A stretch of DNA of 64,000 nt from Eukaryota sp. GEM-RC1 (lineage: Eukaryota), in the NCBI GenBank assembly GCA_040285855.1, contig JAUFOQ010000006.1, positions 1,178,001 through 1,242,000 on the forward strand. Direction: 5' to 3'. Position numbers and translations under genes: made by a program. Under the pieces are notes generated by a model. The model ran no database searches. It was not told the origin of the DNA and saw only the letters and a list, made by a program, of their open reading frames with translations. The number at the start of each line of letters is the position of its first letter. The first letter of the stretch is position 1. Shown one piece after another: positions 24,149 to 37,060 of this stretch.

Positions 24149-25672
24149 ATGTCATTTCTATCCGAAATGTTCAATCCAGAACACATGCGTGGGCCCTGTA
24201 TCCACAACGACTACTGGACCTCTGTTCATCATCTCCGCCCTCAAGATGACAAGTCAAGATCTGAGAGTGGTCTTCTTGATCACTCCACTTACAGACACGC
24301 CATCGATCGACCTTCCTTCGTCCTCCCCTCTATCCTCCACTACCTACTCTTGTTCTTCATGGCCCCAATAATGTTCCCATTCAATCGCTTTCGAAGGCTT
24401 ACTTCTAGTTCTTTCAAGTACAAATCCCCAATAGCTGACGAAATTCATCGACGTATGCGACGGTATAAGTTCAAACTGAAGGAGAGAAAACAAGAAGACG
24501 AACCCATTGCCAAGTCTGTTGATGTCTTTCACAACGGTGAATGCCTAGTCGAAAACGTCCTGAACCCCAGATTCATTTCTGGATACTGTTCTCTCTTCTT
24601 CGCCACCTACAAAGTTCCCATCGCCATCCTCTTCTCTACCATCGTTACTTTCTCTCTCCTTGCTTCTTTCTCGGTCATTGACTCCAAGGTTCAACTCAAA
24701 CTCCTCCAATCAATGCCGTTGCTTCTTTATCCTCTTTGTATGGTTATACTGAAGCTCTTGTTCAAAGACTGGTTTACTTCTATTGTAGGAAGTGTTCCTG
24801 TAATAGTTGGTAGGTTGATATTCCCTTGGTACCGAACGGGTGACGTGACTTCTATTGTATTAGCATCTGTGATTCTTTTGTGTCTTTACTTTGTGTTTAA
24901 TTCATTCTTTTTAGTTCGCCCAGCACCTCCTTCTTTAATGTTGTTCGTCAAGGATGGCCCTCTGTCTAGTTACTCTGACATGGAAAATGACGGACCTTAC
25001 TGGTTAAAGTCTAACACCTACTGGGTCTTCAGACAGCTCTTGGTAGTGTCAGGAGAAGTCAATAAACCATGGGAGAAGGATTGGGAAAGAGTAGAGCTCT
25101 GGATTAATGCTGACGTGAACTCTCCTAATTGTGGAATGTTGGAGTATGTTGTAACTGACGTACATTACAGAGAGTTGTGGATTCCTGCTAATCAGTTAAT
25201 CAAGCCTCATAAGTTCGAGTTCCAAAAGGAGAAAGCTTTAGAAGCCATAGAGTCCTTAAAAGGAGGAATGTGGAAGGTAGAAGTAGATGCTGATGTTGTG
25301 TTTCATACCCCACTTCTGATTACTGTTAGTTTCGTTCCCTTTGTAGAAGGCCATTTCCCAGCGCAACAACTTAAACATTTGACAGCAGCGTTGTTTAAAC
25401 AAGAAGCAAGAGAAAGTTCTTCACTGTACATGTTACGATTGGAGAAACTGCAGTTAGATATTGGTAGAGAGATCTTCAGTGATTGTCCTGAATGGCTTAG
25501 TGATAAGGTTTCTACTAATATGATGTCTATTCCTTTTAGATGGTGGAGGTATCCTTATGGTTGTTTTTCTAAGAAGAGTGTGTTTATGTACTCATCACAT
25601 CCAATGTTGGACAAGAAACAGCATGCTAGTGATCCATTGTTACAGTTGAAAGCTCCAATAGATGAAAGTTAG
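24149..25672 (+). CDS. Uncharacterised membrane protein (about 5 TM segments, Trp/acidic-rich C-terminal domain)
   Basis: Intact 507-aa ORF with a central hydrophobic block; no family recognised. Confidence 0.8.
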   Translation: MSFLSEMFNPEHMRGPCIHNDYWTSVHHLRPQDDKSRSESGLLDHSTYRHAIDRPSFVLPSILHYLLLFFMAPIMFPFNRFRRLTSSSFKYKSPIADEIHRRMRRYKFKLKERKQEDEPIAKSVDVFHNGECLVENVLNPRFISGYCSLFFATYKVPIAILFSTIVTFSLLASFSVIDSKVQLKLLQSMPLLLYPLCMVILKLLFKDWFTSIVGSVPVIVGRLIFPWYRTGDVTSIVLASVILLCLYFVFNSFFLVRPAPPSLMLFVKDGPLSSYSDMENDGPYWLKSNTYWVFRQLLVVSGEVNKPWEKDWERVELWINADVNSPNCGMLEYVVTDVHYRELWIPANQLIKPHKFEFQKEKALEAIESLKGGMWKVEVDADVVFHTPLLITVSFVPFVEGHFPAQQLKHLTAALFKQEARESSSLYMLRLEKLQLDIGREIFSDCPEWLSDKVSTNMMSIPFRWWRYPYGCFSKKSVFMYSSHPMLDKKQHASDPLLQLKAPIDES

Positions 25673-27129
25673 GTTGTTTGTGTCTATAAACGAAAGAAAA
25701 AGAGTTTTTGAACTATTTTTGTGATGTATATTAGAAAACAGACCTGTGTTGAGAAGTCTTCTCTCAAGATTAGTCAAAAGTGTTTGACATAGTTTGGAAA
25801 ACGTAGAGCAAAATTTAATAATTGATTAGAAATGGAACAATTAGAAATGTGATCTTGTGTCAGAAGACTCGTTGCAGTTATTAACAAAACCTAAGGAATA
25901 CACCAACTATACCTCAAAACAAACTACTAATATTGTTGAACGAACTTTGTTACTGATTGTTGCTTTCTCAATTAGTTTCATGATGTAATATTTTTCTATA
26001 GCCACAAAACTGGTGTCCAAGCAACACTGACTTTGCAAAAACACAGATATCGTTCTATGGACATTTGAAGATGTAGTGCAATGATGTATCGATACTTATT
26101 GTTGAATGTCAACTAGTGAAGACTAACAAATTACAAAATGGGCTCTGAATGTTAGATCATTGTGCTAACAAAGAATTCCTTGTTTTAGTGATGACAGACT
26201 TCCCATACATGTAGTTTAGTTTGATTTGGATGACCTTTTTCTTCAAGTTTGCCAAGCCGATCTCATTACTAAAAGCAATGAGATGCTAAACAGTTGGGAA
26301 ACACATTACGAATGCTCTCGGCCTTCTGTGAATCAAGTCTCTCCGCCGTCTGTACCCACCACTTAAGTCTGCTATCTCCACTGATAGTGACATAGCGCCA
26401 CTCGTGTCTACAGAATCTGTTACTACACCCCCACTGAGTGATCTTCCTGATGTCTCTCTTGATTTTCAGTCAGGACTGTATTCTTTGGAATTCTTCAACT
26501 TTGATCGCTCTAATGTCTCTCCGTTGCCCACTGATGAAAACTATGGAGGACATCCTTCACAAAGCTCACAATAAAGGCAGTTCAATCAGCTCCTATGAAT
26601 TGTCATTCAAATGGACAAAACAATATCAAAGGAGGAGGACATCAAGCTAATCATCACTATAGCCAGATGTTCAAGAGTTTAACTTTTGCAACACTCCATT
26701 CTATTTCTTAAACTAAGACCTTAGAGCTTAATTCAACTAATGATTCATTAGAAACAACTTGGGGTGTAACACTACCTCAGGATGGACCACCACCGAATGT
26801 GTCCGCAGTCTAATGTTTATCTGGTTGATCGATGTCTGTAACTAATACATCTGCTCCTTCAGATCCTTGAGAGAGCCACATATCCTCCCTGACAAGGTAA
26901 CTCCAGATAACTTTTTCTTTTGCAACTTCCTTAAAAAAATGGCCAACTTCCTTATTTTGCTTCATGCCTGTATTAAAAGTCGCTGCTCTTTTCAGGAAAG
27001 ATTAACCAAAATCATCGTCGTTTGAACCTCATGCTTAACCGGTTTCAGCTACTTTAATTGACAAAGATTCATCCTTAGTGGCTAAGGATAGTAAGCCTAA
27101 AACTAAGCTTTCTTAGAAGAAAAAGCTAG

Positions 27130-28591
27130 ATGCTAAACCTTATACACCAAAAAGTGCTTTCTTTTAAAAGGGCAAAGACGAGCTTGATAGCATCAATTCA
27201 TCAAGTTCAAGAGTCTTTTCCCGACAACCGTCTTCGGTCGAACACACAACAGTCTCCATCTGTTGCGAGTCCTACATTGGATGAAACACTGGTTCCGTCA
27301 GTCGGATACGTGAGTACACATTTATTACAATGTACACCTCCAAAAGTTCGAAACCGCTGAACACGACCTTAAACCGGCCTCTTGTGATCGCGAATTCCAA
27401 GAAGAGGCAGTCTCACCCTTGCCAAACGATGTCGAACATTACATAAAGAGCATTCTAGAGTCTCGCAAAGCTGTAGCTCTTCGTTCCAACCAAACGAATG
27501 CAAGGTCAAGGAAAAGGCTACCGTGGTGGTGGTAGAGGAGGTAGAAACAACGTCTCTAGAACTGATCACACTCTAGAACTGACTTACTTTGGGACAAGTA
27601 GCAGTAGCAGAGTTGTAGATCCAGATTAGAGAAGTGAAGAACGTTGCCGAAGTCTCTTTCAACATAGACTCAGAGTATCTAATCGTCAGTCAAGAGAAGT
27701 CAAAGATCTTAGTGGAGAAGGCTTTGGACTATAAATCTAAAAAATCCAAGTTTGGACAGACCCTTTCTCACAAAGTACTACAGTGACTTGATACAGTTTG
27801 AAAGTGCCCAATCTAAATATTCTTTTTTTTTGGGAATATTCGGTTTCAAACTTGAAGAAAGACAGCGTGCTTTAGACACAGCTCAAAAAGTAAATATTGC
27901 TCAATTCTCTTTCTTAAAAAAAGATTTCGTCACTCATCTTTTTGATAAGACTGTGCTTGAACCAACTTTTGTCATTCTCTACTCTCAACTTTGTCTCACG
28001 TGATTAGAAGAGTTTTTGTTGGTTCTGACATGCTTATTGCTCAATGTCAGTCCAACTTTGAGAAGTTCCTTATTGAAGATGTTGAGGGAAATTTATCTAG
28101 TCAAGAGAATTCGTTTTGTCATTGGAAGTGAAGTTTCTGATGCTCAGATTTTAGGTGAACGATTCTACAGAGAAAACAAGCTAAAGGCAAAGGTTCTGGG
28201 CAATGTTGAATTTGTTGCTTCTTTGATTCTTCACTCAGTAATTCCAGCAACAGTAGCTTCAACAGTTTCTAAACAATTAGTTCAAAACTTCAAGAAGGTA
28301 ATGGCAATCAAACCTCTGATCACTTTATGGAAAAAACTACTTGATTCACCTGGAATCAATGAGTATATTGGGACTGTTGTGAGTACATTGAAGAGTTTTC
28401 TACTTGTGAGGACATTCCCATTAAAGCGTTGTCTATGTGCCAATTGGTTGGACTATTACATTGAAAAACAACGAGAACGCGTTCATTTGAAGTCTAGGTT
28501 ACTTTTTTTCTTTCAGGATGCTCGTAAGGTAGCTGATGAAGAAGGTTTTGTTGCAGTCGAAACGAAGAAAAGAAGCGGCAAACACAAGTGA
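27130..28591 (+). pseudogene. Decayed tandem copy of the adjacent eIF4G gene
   Basis: 27926-28470 aligns with 29637-30210 (FVTHLFDK, ERFYRENKLKAKVLGNVEF); SPLPNDVE at ~27415 matches SPLPKDVE. Stops and frameshifts are present; the 5' boundary is approximate. Confidence 0.85.
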
Positions 28592-28853
28592 TACAATATT
28601 CTTCAGAAAATACTTCTTCAAAGAAGTTTGCTCATGACATTGACAGCATGAGAATTGCTTCTTTAAAAAATTAATGACAGAGTTCTTGATGAGATTCAAG
28701 ACATGGAAGTCGAGGATTCACAAATGAAGACGGAAACGTTTCTTTCAAAAAACGAAACGGGTGTGAAGATCTCATTCGACAGTTCTATCATGATTTCTAT
28801 CTTTGGCAAAAGTGAGAAGTTGACAAGATTTTAGTCACACTCCTTTCTACTCA

Positions 28854-30836
28854 ATGCCAAATCCTCCCAATAATTTTGCAGCCATGCTACACAAGAATCC
28901 CGTGTTACTGCTAGGTCAGACTGAAACTATTAAAACTTCAACTCTCCCGGTACCTACAGTGTCAAAGTTCTCAGACCCTAAATTTCAAAGTGTTGTCAAG
29001 GATTTTGTCCGCAAGGGCTCCAAACTGGGTCAAGTGGGTTTCATCAAACCAACCCCTCCACTTTCTGCTCTTGACAAGGGAGAAAACCTCCTCAACAGAT
29101 GGGACTCGAAGCAAAAGCCTCACGTAGATCAAGCCTCAACTTCCCTGCCTGAACCAGTGCCAACCACACCCACTGGTAGACAGTTGGAAAATGACCATGA
29201 TTCTAGACCCAACTCTCGTGTTTATAGCTCTCACTTCCTCCTATCGCTCCGTGTTTGTGGTGGTTCTCCTTTACCAAAGGATGTAGAACAAAGTATCAAC
29301 AAGGTGCTTGCTTCACACGCATCTGCTGCGTCTCGCAAAAGTCCACGACAGAACTATAAATCAAGTGGTGGTAGAGCTAGACAACACTCCAGAACCTCCT
29401 CGAAAGTACCAACGCCTATGCCCAAGAGTGCTAATGCCTATGATGTCCAAGAACAGAAGAACAAAGCTAAACAAGATGGTGTTTTTGCTGTACTTAAAGA
29501 GACCAAGGGTTTATTGAACAAGCTCTCAGAATCCAACAAGATCAAGATTTTCGCTAGTATTGTCGAATTCTTTAACAAACAACACCCTTGTTCAAAGACT
29601 CTTACTGGTGAGCCACTTGTAGAGTTCAAGTCAGAGTTCGTCACTCATCTTTTTGATAAGGCTGTTCTTGAACCAACTTTTGTCAATCTGTACTCTCAAC
29701 TTTGTCTCAAACTATCAAAACTATTCCCTGGATTTTCTGGTATTTTGATTGCCCAATGTCAGTCTAATTTTGAGAAGTTCTTCGTTCAAGATATTGCAAT
29801 CTCAGATGAAATCACTGATTTACTTGAACAAGTTAAGAGAGATCGTTTTGTTAACGATGGGGAAGTTACTGAAGCTCAACTTGATGCGGAACGATTCTAC
29901 AGGGAAAACAAGCTAAAGGCAAAGGTTCTGGGCAATGTTGAATTCGTTGCTTCTTTGATTCTTCACTCAGTAATTCCAGCAGGAGTTGCTTCAACAATCA
30001 CTAAACAATTAGTTCAAAACTTCAAGAAAACAATGGCAATTGAAGGTTTAATCGTTCTTTGGACTAAACTGCTTGAATCAGCTGGAATCAATGAATATAT
30101 TGAAAAAGTCGTGGCTGAACAAATCAAGGAATTTTCAAATGATTTGAACATTCCCATTCGAGAGCGTTGTTTATGTGCTAACTGGTTGGACCATTACACT
30201 GAAAAACAACGAGGACAAGCTCGTCAGCAAGCTACTTTAACTTCTTCTCAAGACGTTCATAAGAAGTCTGTAGATGGTTTTGTTGACGTCACTACTAGTA
30301 GGAAAGGAGGAAAAGCAAAAGTTGTGATTTATACTGACGATCATGCTAAGAAATTTGCTGCCAACATTGATAGGATGGGAATTACTGGTTTACTGTCAGA
30401 GTTCTACAAACTTCGCTTATCAGAACCTGACAAAACTTCTTTTGTTGCTGATGTACTATATCACTTTACTAACTTGAACAAACCTTTGCTTCGAAACCAG
30501 TTCCAATCTATTATGAAAGAACTACTCAAGGATAAGAATGGATTGAGAAAGGATCACTGTGCTGCAGGATTGGTTAAGTTCTGTAAAGATGGGAAATATG
30601 ATGATGTTTTGGAAGATTTCCCAAAAGCAGGTGAGTTTTTGGCACCAGTTTTATCAAATTGGCTTGAGTTGGGTATTGTAAACAGGGCACAATTGATTGA
30701 TAGTATGGTCAATGTTGATCCTTTTAATCTTCCTGGTTTGGTCACACCTTTTGTTGATTATCGCAAAAAGTTTGAACATGAGTATGAGTGGCTGGAAAAG
30801 AACGAGAAAGTTTGTACTGTTTTATCATCTCATTAA
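28854..30836 (+). CDS. EIF4G: Translation initiation factor eIF4G-like (4E-binding motif, MIF4G, MA3-like C-terminus)
   Basis: YSSHFLL fits YxxxxL-phi; KGLLNKLS, LFDKAVLEPTFVNLYSQLC and LGNVEFVASL are MIF4G signatures. Confidence 0.88.
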   Translation: MPNPPNNFAAMLHKNPVLLLGQTETIKTSTLPVPTVSKFSDPKFQSVVKDFVRKGSKLGQVGFIKPTPPLSALDKGENLLNRWDSKQKPHVDQASTSLPEPVPTTPTGRQLENDHDSRPNSRVYSSHFLLSLRVCGGSPLPKDVEQSINKVLASHASAASRKSPRQNYKSSGGRARQHSRTSSKVPTPMPKSANAYDVQEQKNKAKQDGVFAVLKETKGLLNKLSESNKIKIFASIVEFFNKQHPCSKTLTGEPLVEFKSEFVTHLFDKAVLEPTFVNLYSQLCLKLSKLFPGFSGILIAQCQSNFEKFFVQDIAISDEITDLLEQVKRDRFVNDGEVTEAQLDAERFYRENKLKAKVLGNVEFVASLILHSVIPAGVASTITKQLVQNFKKTMAIEGLIVLWTKLLESAGINEYIEKVVAEQIKEFSNDLNIPIRERCLCANWLDHYTEKQRGQARQQATLTSSQDVHKKSVDGFVDVTTSRKGGKAKVVIYTDDHAKKFAANIDRMGITGLLSEFYKLRLSEPDKTSFVADVLYHFTNLNKPLLRNQFQSIMKELLKDKNGLRKDHCAAGLVKFCKDGKYDDVLEDFPKAGEFLAPVLSNWLELGIVNRAQLIDSMVNVDPFNLPGLVTPFVDYRKKFEHEYEWLEKNEKVCTVLSSH

Positions 30837-31713
30837 ATTAGTTTTTCTTTCGGTCTTAAATTATATTAGTTTTTTATAGTACATGTACATGTGTAAGAGT
30901 TTATTTACAACAATATATTACATACATTACTACACGTACATGTAATTCATGTCGAAACATTGTGTCTTTAAAATTTGCTTTAAAACACTACAAAATCATC
31001 ATTTTCATCATCAGATTTTACAGTTCGTCTTAGCTGAGTTAAGGAAAAACATACAGCTTTCGCTAATTCGTTAATGTCAAAATTACAGAAATACCCAGAT
31101 TTGAGACATAGACTTACAAAATTGTCCAGATTCTCCTATCCCATTCGACTTCCTTTAAATCACCTAAATAAGACCTAGTAATGATGCATAGTAGTATAGA
31201 ACAACAAAAACCTAGTTAATCTCTCTCTTCATCACATCAAGAGTCATCCCCCAAATATTTTACAAGATAATAACTGCATTTTTCAATCCCTTACGTGAAA
31301 AGTACCAATTGGTAACATTGAATTATTAATTTTGGTCACATTAAAACTATTTTCGAAGTAGATTTTCAAGTAGATTCTTGATGTTTCTTGTGTTCAATTG
31401 CACTATTTCTGATCATATCAACTTCAGAAATTTGTTGTAAATCCTTTTGTACATTCAAAAACTGATTTTGAAGTTGATCCACATATACCAGGAGAGAACA
31501 TGTAGATTTTGCAGGAATATTTTCTAAATGAGAAGGAAAGTAGCTGATGTAAATATCCTAATCCAAATTGTCAGTAACCGAGACTAACGAGCTTAGCCAA
31601 GCAGTAGAATGAATGAGATTTTCATTGAACAAAAAACCGCATCTTGATTATAATTGAAATGGCAATGCTTTCATTCGACCAGTAAACGCACAAAACTAAT
31701 ATATTAATAACTA

Positions 31714-32924
31714 GGAAAAATGTCAAAAACACTCATGTCCCAAATCTATATTTCATAACCACTCAAATGAAATTTGATATTACAAAAAACACTCATGAAC
31801 CTTTTCTGATATACATACTTCACAAACAATGACTTTACTTATCTCCCTTCATGATTCACTCCGTCAATCTCCAACATACTTGCTCGGGCTTGAGAATCAA
31901 TCACGAGTCCCTCACAGCATCAAAGATTGTTGCAATTACCCCAGTTGTAACAGCAATTCAGCATGATCTACAAACTACAGCAGCCACCATTAGGACAGTT
32001 GTTGCATCAAATGGAGCTACGGTTAACTATCAGAATGCTTACCGAGCTCAGAAGAAGATTAAAAAGGACTTGTATGGAAGCTTTGAAGAAGCTTATGATG
32101 AAATTCAAGCTTACGTTCGGGAACTGCGTGCGTGCTACAATGATCCTATCATTGATCTAGATGTTACAGATGGCAGATAAGATGGCAGATAAGATGGCGT
32201 AAAACTATGATAAAAATGGGGGAAAGACTAGAAAAGGCAAAGAAAATGCCCTGTATTGTAAAAACAAGTGGCAGATGATGTAAGATCTTTATTAGGTAAT
32301 GCAACAGCATTTACAATTGTTCCTGCTCAGAACCAACAGTTTGAGGTTCAGGGAGCAGATTCTGCTATTGTTGATGAGATGACGAAGAGCTGTTCATGTG
32401 GAAAGTGGCAAGAAGACAAAGTCCCGTGTGTACATGCTGTTGCTGTTGCTGTGTTCATGAGAAAACCTCTAGAAGAGTTGATTGGTGAGGAATATCATCA
32501 ATCAACTCTGTTAAAATGCTATGGTACTTTGTTACCTGCTATTAGAGCCAGAAACAGCTGGATGGCTACTGAAGATGAAGTTCAAGAGCAAGTCGCGCTT
32601 CCAGTAGAAAAACGAGGAAGATGAAGGCCACGTACAAGAAGACTTACCAGCATTGGTGAACCAGAGATGAAGAAAGGACGAGGAAAGTACGGATGCAGTA
32701 TCTGCAAGAAGAAGGGACATACAATGAAGACATGTCCCAACAAGTAGTAGATGGCATATCGATAGATAGATGAGATAATAGTAATCAAAATATAGTAAAA
32801 CAATGACTTGGTTCTATTGATATCAATATTATAGTGGTCTAATGAGTGTTTTTTGTAATATCAAATTCCATTTGAGTGGTTATGAAATATAGATTTGGGA
32901 CATGAGTGTTTTTGAATTATACCC
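31714..32924 (+). mobile_element. Mutator-like (MULE) internally deleted element
   Basis: ~84-bp TIRs; 9-bp TSD TAATAACTA at 31705-31713 and 32925-32933; SWIM finger CSCGKWQEDKVPCVHA and C-terminal CSICKKKGHTMKTC; no DDE core visible. Confidence 0.92.
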
Positions 32925-33939
32925 TAATAACTATTATACTAGTTACAGTATGAAGCTTCTGGTAAACCTATACCATCAATATGAGCTGATGAAAAAGCGT
33001 GATAAGGCCATTGCGCCTCATTAACATCTACAAGATCACTTAAGAACTCAGTTTTCAAATGGACAAGAGCTTCACTGGTGTAATGAAAGAATTCTGTTCT
33101 TGAAAGTACTTTCAGTTTCTGTCTCAAGTCCATACGAAACAGGAAATCATTCTCCTGATTTGTGTTCATCTTGGTGATATCAAAGATATTCCATGTCGAA
33201 ACATTTTGTCTTTCATATTTGCTTTGAAAAAGCTAAAAATTCATTTATTAAAATATTTGACGAATTTTTTGCTACAGAGTCATTTATCAAAATATTTTGA
33301 ATGTGTACTGTAGATTTTAGAGTGAGGCAAAAAGAAATCTAGCTATTTTTTCATTGATTCAACTCAGAGTTCTGATGTAGCATGATTAACCAAATTCCAC
33401 ATGTATCTGGTCTATTGTTAAGTGAAAAATAATGGACCACAACTATGAGACTTCGTAATAAGTTTTCAAAGAATTGGATTTGCTAGCAAAATGAACAGAG
33501 AAATTGTACTGACAGAGGCATCATGAAGATCAAATTTCTTTACGATCTGACATGAAGTCATTGTTAGACCAGGTTAAGGGAATACTATTTATTACTACTA
33601 GTAGTAATTTTTAAACTACAACAAAATTTTCCCCTTTGGCAAACAATTTTGATGAAACTTACTACTAAAGTACCGTAGTCTACGTCAGTTTGATTCACCA
33701 TAATTTTTGATTGATTTTTCCAAATGATTGATAAATTACCACTAATTCTAATGTATTCACCACAGAAAATCAAAAAGGATCCCATCTAAAAGGATAGATT
33801 TTATCCTGCATCTCGACAAAACAAACTCAAACTAGTAGTAGATTAAAGAAACAAACGTTAAGATCACCAGTAAAATGAGACTCTATGTCCTCTACAGTTC
33901 GTTTCCTGAAGACTATAATCACTCCGGATATCTCAAATC

Positions 33940-34186
33940 ATGGATCTTAACCTTCAACTCAAAGAGGTTGTCTCCAAGATCCTGACCGAGGAGCAGTTTG
34001 GAGCAATGACTTTGGATGCTATTGCCTTTGTTACTGACATTGTGATGTCAGTAATCAAGGGAGTTGAAGCAAAAGCTGTCAACAAGAGAATCTATTGACG
34101 CACAAGACGTTGTTGATGCTTTTGAAGACTTGGGATTTGGACAAGTTTCGAATTTCTTACAGATTTTTCTGAATTCCGTAGCTTAA
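33940..34186 (+). CDS. Small histone-fold protein (NF-YB/NC2beta or TAF-like), extra A at 34071-34074; absent from the ORF track
   Basis: MDLNLQLKEVVSKILTEEQFGAMTLDAIAFVTDIVMSVIKGVEAK joins +1 frame LSTRESIDAQDVVDAFEDLGFGQVSNFLQIFLNSVA*. Confidence 0.6.
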
Positions 34187-34808
34187 CATTTGAATTAAGT
34201 AGACTATGATACGATTTCACTTATAAATCAAAAGTTGAAATGTTTCAACTGAGGTTCAACGAATACTTATTGAGATCACACACGTTAACTATTTTATTTT
34301 ACAAGTTAGACTCCAAAGAGTATATTTGTTCTCACCACCTTTTATGCGGTAAAGATTTCGTATATTTGAGACTATTTTCATACAACAGCTTGGAAACAAT
34401 CGACAACGAAAAACACCACAATTATCCCTTCAAAACAAGTTCACACTCAACACCGTGTTCAAACACACCCGGTGTTTTCCGTACCATTATTTAAATATCA
34501 CCAAATTTCAGTTATACGAAATTAAAGTAACATGTTTATTGCGAAAAAATCAATTCCAATCTAATCCAAAAAACTGACTTTTTCGAAAAACAGTTGCGCT
34601 TTCGTTAACTGATATGTTTGATTCTATCATTCCGAAAACATAACCATAAAATAGCATCATCAATCAACAAAGAGCAATCAGAAAGGATTGAATTAATTAT
34701 CCCCAAAACAGATCTTAAATTCAAGATCATAATTTTTTGAAGATTTTGCAATGATTTCAAAAAGATCAAACACTGATCTCAATCTCAAAATTAAAAATTT
34801 AAAATATT

Positions 34809-35630
34809 TCACTGCTCCATTGCTACCTCACCTTCATCTTCCGTGACTTCCTTTTTAACCTTCGCCTTATCATCTCTTCTCTCTTTCCTCTGCTTCTTCT
34901 TTAACTGTAACACTTCCTTAATCAAGTCGTCAGTAGGACTATCCTCAGGTCTCAGAACTCCTCTTTGTTGTCCAATGATATGAGCAATCTGATGGGCGTC
35001 TAAAGTAACTGGTTCTAGTTCAACTTGTTCACCTTCTCCATACACTAGTCTAAGTAAAAGTTCTTCTTTTTCTTTAAGGTTGAAGTCGTCTGGTAGATGA
35101 AAGTGCCGCCAAGCAATGTTAATGATGTCTTCAGTTGGAAACGTTAGACCATCTCTAAGTTGATGGTTGTTGACTCTCCCAGGTTTAATATAGTCTGGGA
35201 GAGCATCAGGGTCCATCTGAGTAGTAGAAGGACCGTTTTCCACAGTGGGGGGCTTTGGGAGAGGGTTTGTGAGGATTCCAGAGGAGAGAGATTGTCCAGA
35301 GAGTATATCTGAGTTAGAAGAAGATTCAACTACGGCAGAAGAAGATTGAGATTGCTGGTCTTTGTTATGGATGAGAATCATTTGACATAGATCAACAGAT
35401 TTGAAGTAAGATGCACGATCAACAGTTTTGAAAACCTCAGTGATTGTTGGTAGATCGCATACAGAAGCATCAAATGTTTGGTTTTCAAACTTGAGAGAAG
35501 CATGCCGATTGTCCTTAAAGCACATTGAGAGTTTTTCATCGATAGAGTCATCATCACAGGCAATGTCTATCTGATCAGCCAGATGCTCAGGAAGTCTGAG
35601 AACAAAGGCGTATTCTGGAACTGTAGTCAT
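34809..35630 (-). CDS. TAF7: TFIID subunit 7 (TAFII55 N-terminal domain)
   Basis: FVLRLP, DLPTITEVFKT..YFKSVDLCQMI and DGLTFP. Confidence 0.88.
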   Translation of the reverse strand: MTTVPEYAFVLRLPEHLADQIDIACDDDSIDEKLSMCFKDNRHASLKFENQTFDASVCDLPTITEVFKTVDRASYFKSVDLCQMILIHNKDQQSQSSSAVVESSSNSDILSGQSLSSGILTNPLPKPPTVENGPSTTQMDPDALPDYIKPGRVNNHQLRDGLTFPTEDIINIAWRHFHLPDDFNLKEKEELLLRLVYGEGEQVELEPVTLDAHQIAHIIGQQRGVLRPEDSPTDDLIKEVLQLKKKQRKERRDDKAKVKKEVTEDEGEVAMEQ

Positions 35631-36299
35631 TAACTAAGAGAATTGAGTTTTTGAACATGACTTCTTGGTCAAGTTTTTGTTATGAAATTCACACCCGTTT
35701 TCACTTGACCAACTACTTACAGAACTGTATAAGACATGCGCGATATCTCATAATCATAGTCATGACCTTGAACTATGGACTACATCATTTAAATTGATAC
35801 ACTCATTCCATTAGACGTGATCTATGTCAAGATAGCTCACCGCTGTCTTTGAATTGGAATCATCCATAGACTGGTCTTAAAGTGTCTGTTTCCCTTTTAA
35901 ATCAATCAAAACCTAAGATTCTAAGATTCTGAACTTAAGTATATTTGAAGAACTTGGTTTAAGGGCAACCATATCTTTCAGGCGACAACTCTGTCTGTTT
36001 GCTTCCTGTTTTTATTAATTGTACAATGTAGGATCACGTGACTTTCTTTTGAGTTCAGTGAGGAAGTGTCTATAACTATTGAAGAAGAATTCTTTAAGGT
36101 GATGAATTGATCTTCTTTGTATCAATTATCTTAGTAAATGATTCTATTCAGTGGAGGAAGGAATTTTCACTACTCAGAATCTTTTTTCAATTATTCATTG
36201 ATTTAAGTTTTTTGTATTCAATACATTTGCCAATTTGATTGATCCAATCTAATTATTATGTTAATTACGTCTGGTCTCAATTCTATTTTAATTAGTTTT

Positions 36300-37060
36300 G
36301 AGACTTTTAAGGTATTAGTAAAGTCTTCCCCAAATGTATAATGTAATTATCTTTGTTTTAAGTTGTTGTTTACTGGAATTGATCAAAGCCAATCCTCTAC
36401 TAGAACTCTATTCCTCCTTCTTGAAAGTAAATTCCAAGAGAAATAGCAGTGTCTTTCCAATTGAAAATCTCTAGCAGTATTTGGAAATATGAAGAATATT
36501 ACGAGGATTGTTTTCTAAATTTAGAAGTGTGCATTATAATATCTTTCACGAAAGATTTAAAAGTTGAGAAGTAGTTTCATCGCTCTGGAAGTAAGTGGCG
36601 AGACAGAAGATGTCATTGAACGAATTCTTAATTCATTGTTTCTCCAAAATATCCTTCAAATTTTTTATTCATTAAAAACTTCCGTAGTTAGTCTAAATGA
36701 AAAGAAGTTGTAGGAGTCAACAGGAAGATGAGAGAAGTCAATGGGGTTCTCGAGTTTACCCAAACTCTAGGAACCAGAGGGATTGAAAGTACGTAGAATG
36801 AACAGCTTATCATTGTTCACTTCGATTGATTTCCCGCCATATGTATTGGTTTGATTACGGAGGGTTCAAGTTCTGCTCTGCAAACGACACAATCTTCGTG
36901 AAATTCTAGTCACTGAGAACGTGATAAGTAGAAGAGATCAAAGTGGAGAGTGAACAGATTGTGAAAGAATTCAGAGAGCTGAAAAGATGACGGCAGAATG
37001 ACAAGGAATTTGTAGTGCTTTAGACAGGTTTGAAAATGAGAATTATTCTGGTTCAGACTA
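36300..37060 (-). pseudogene. Degenerate BTB-domain gene
   Basis: LQIPCHSAVI / SEFFHNLFTL near 36940-37015 resembles IEIPCHSVIIAQFSDFFYNLFAL in ORF 58489-59364. Many stops; boundaries approximate. Confidence 0.55.
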
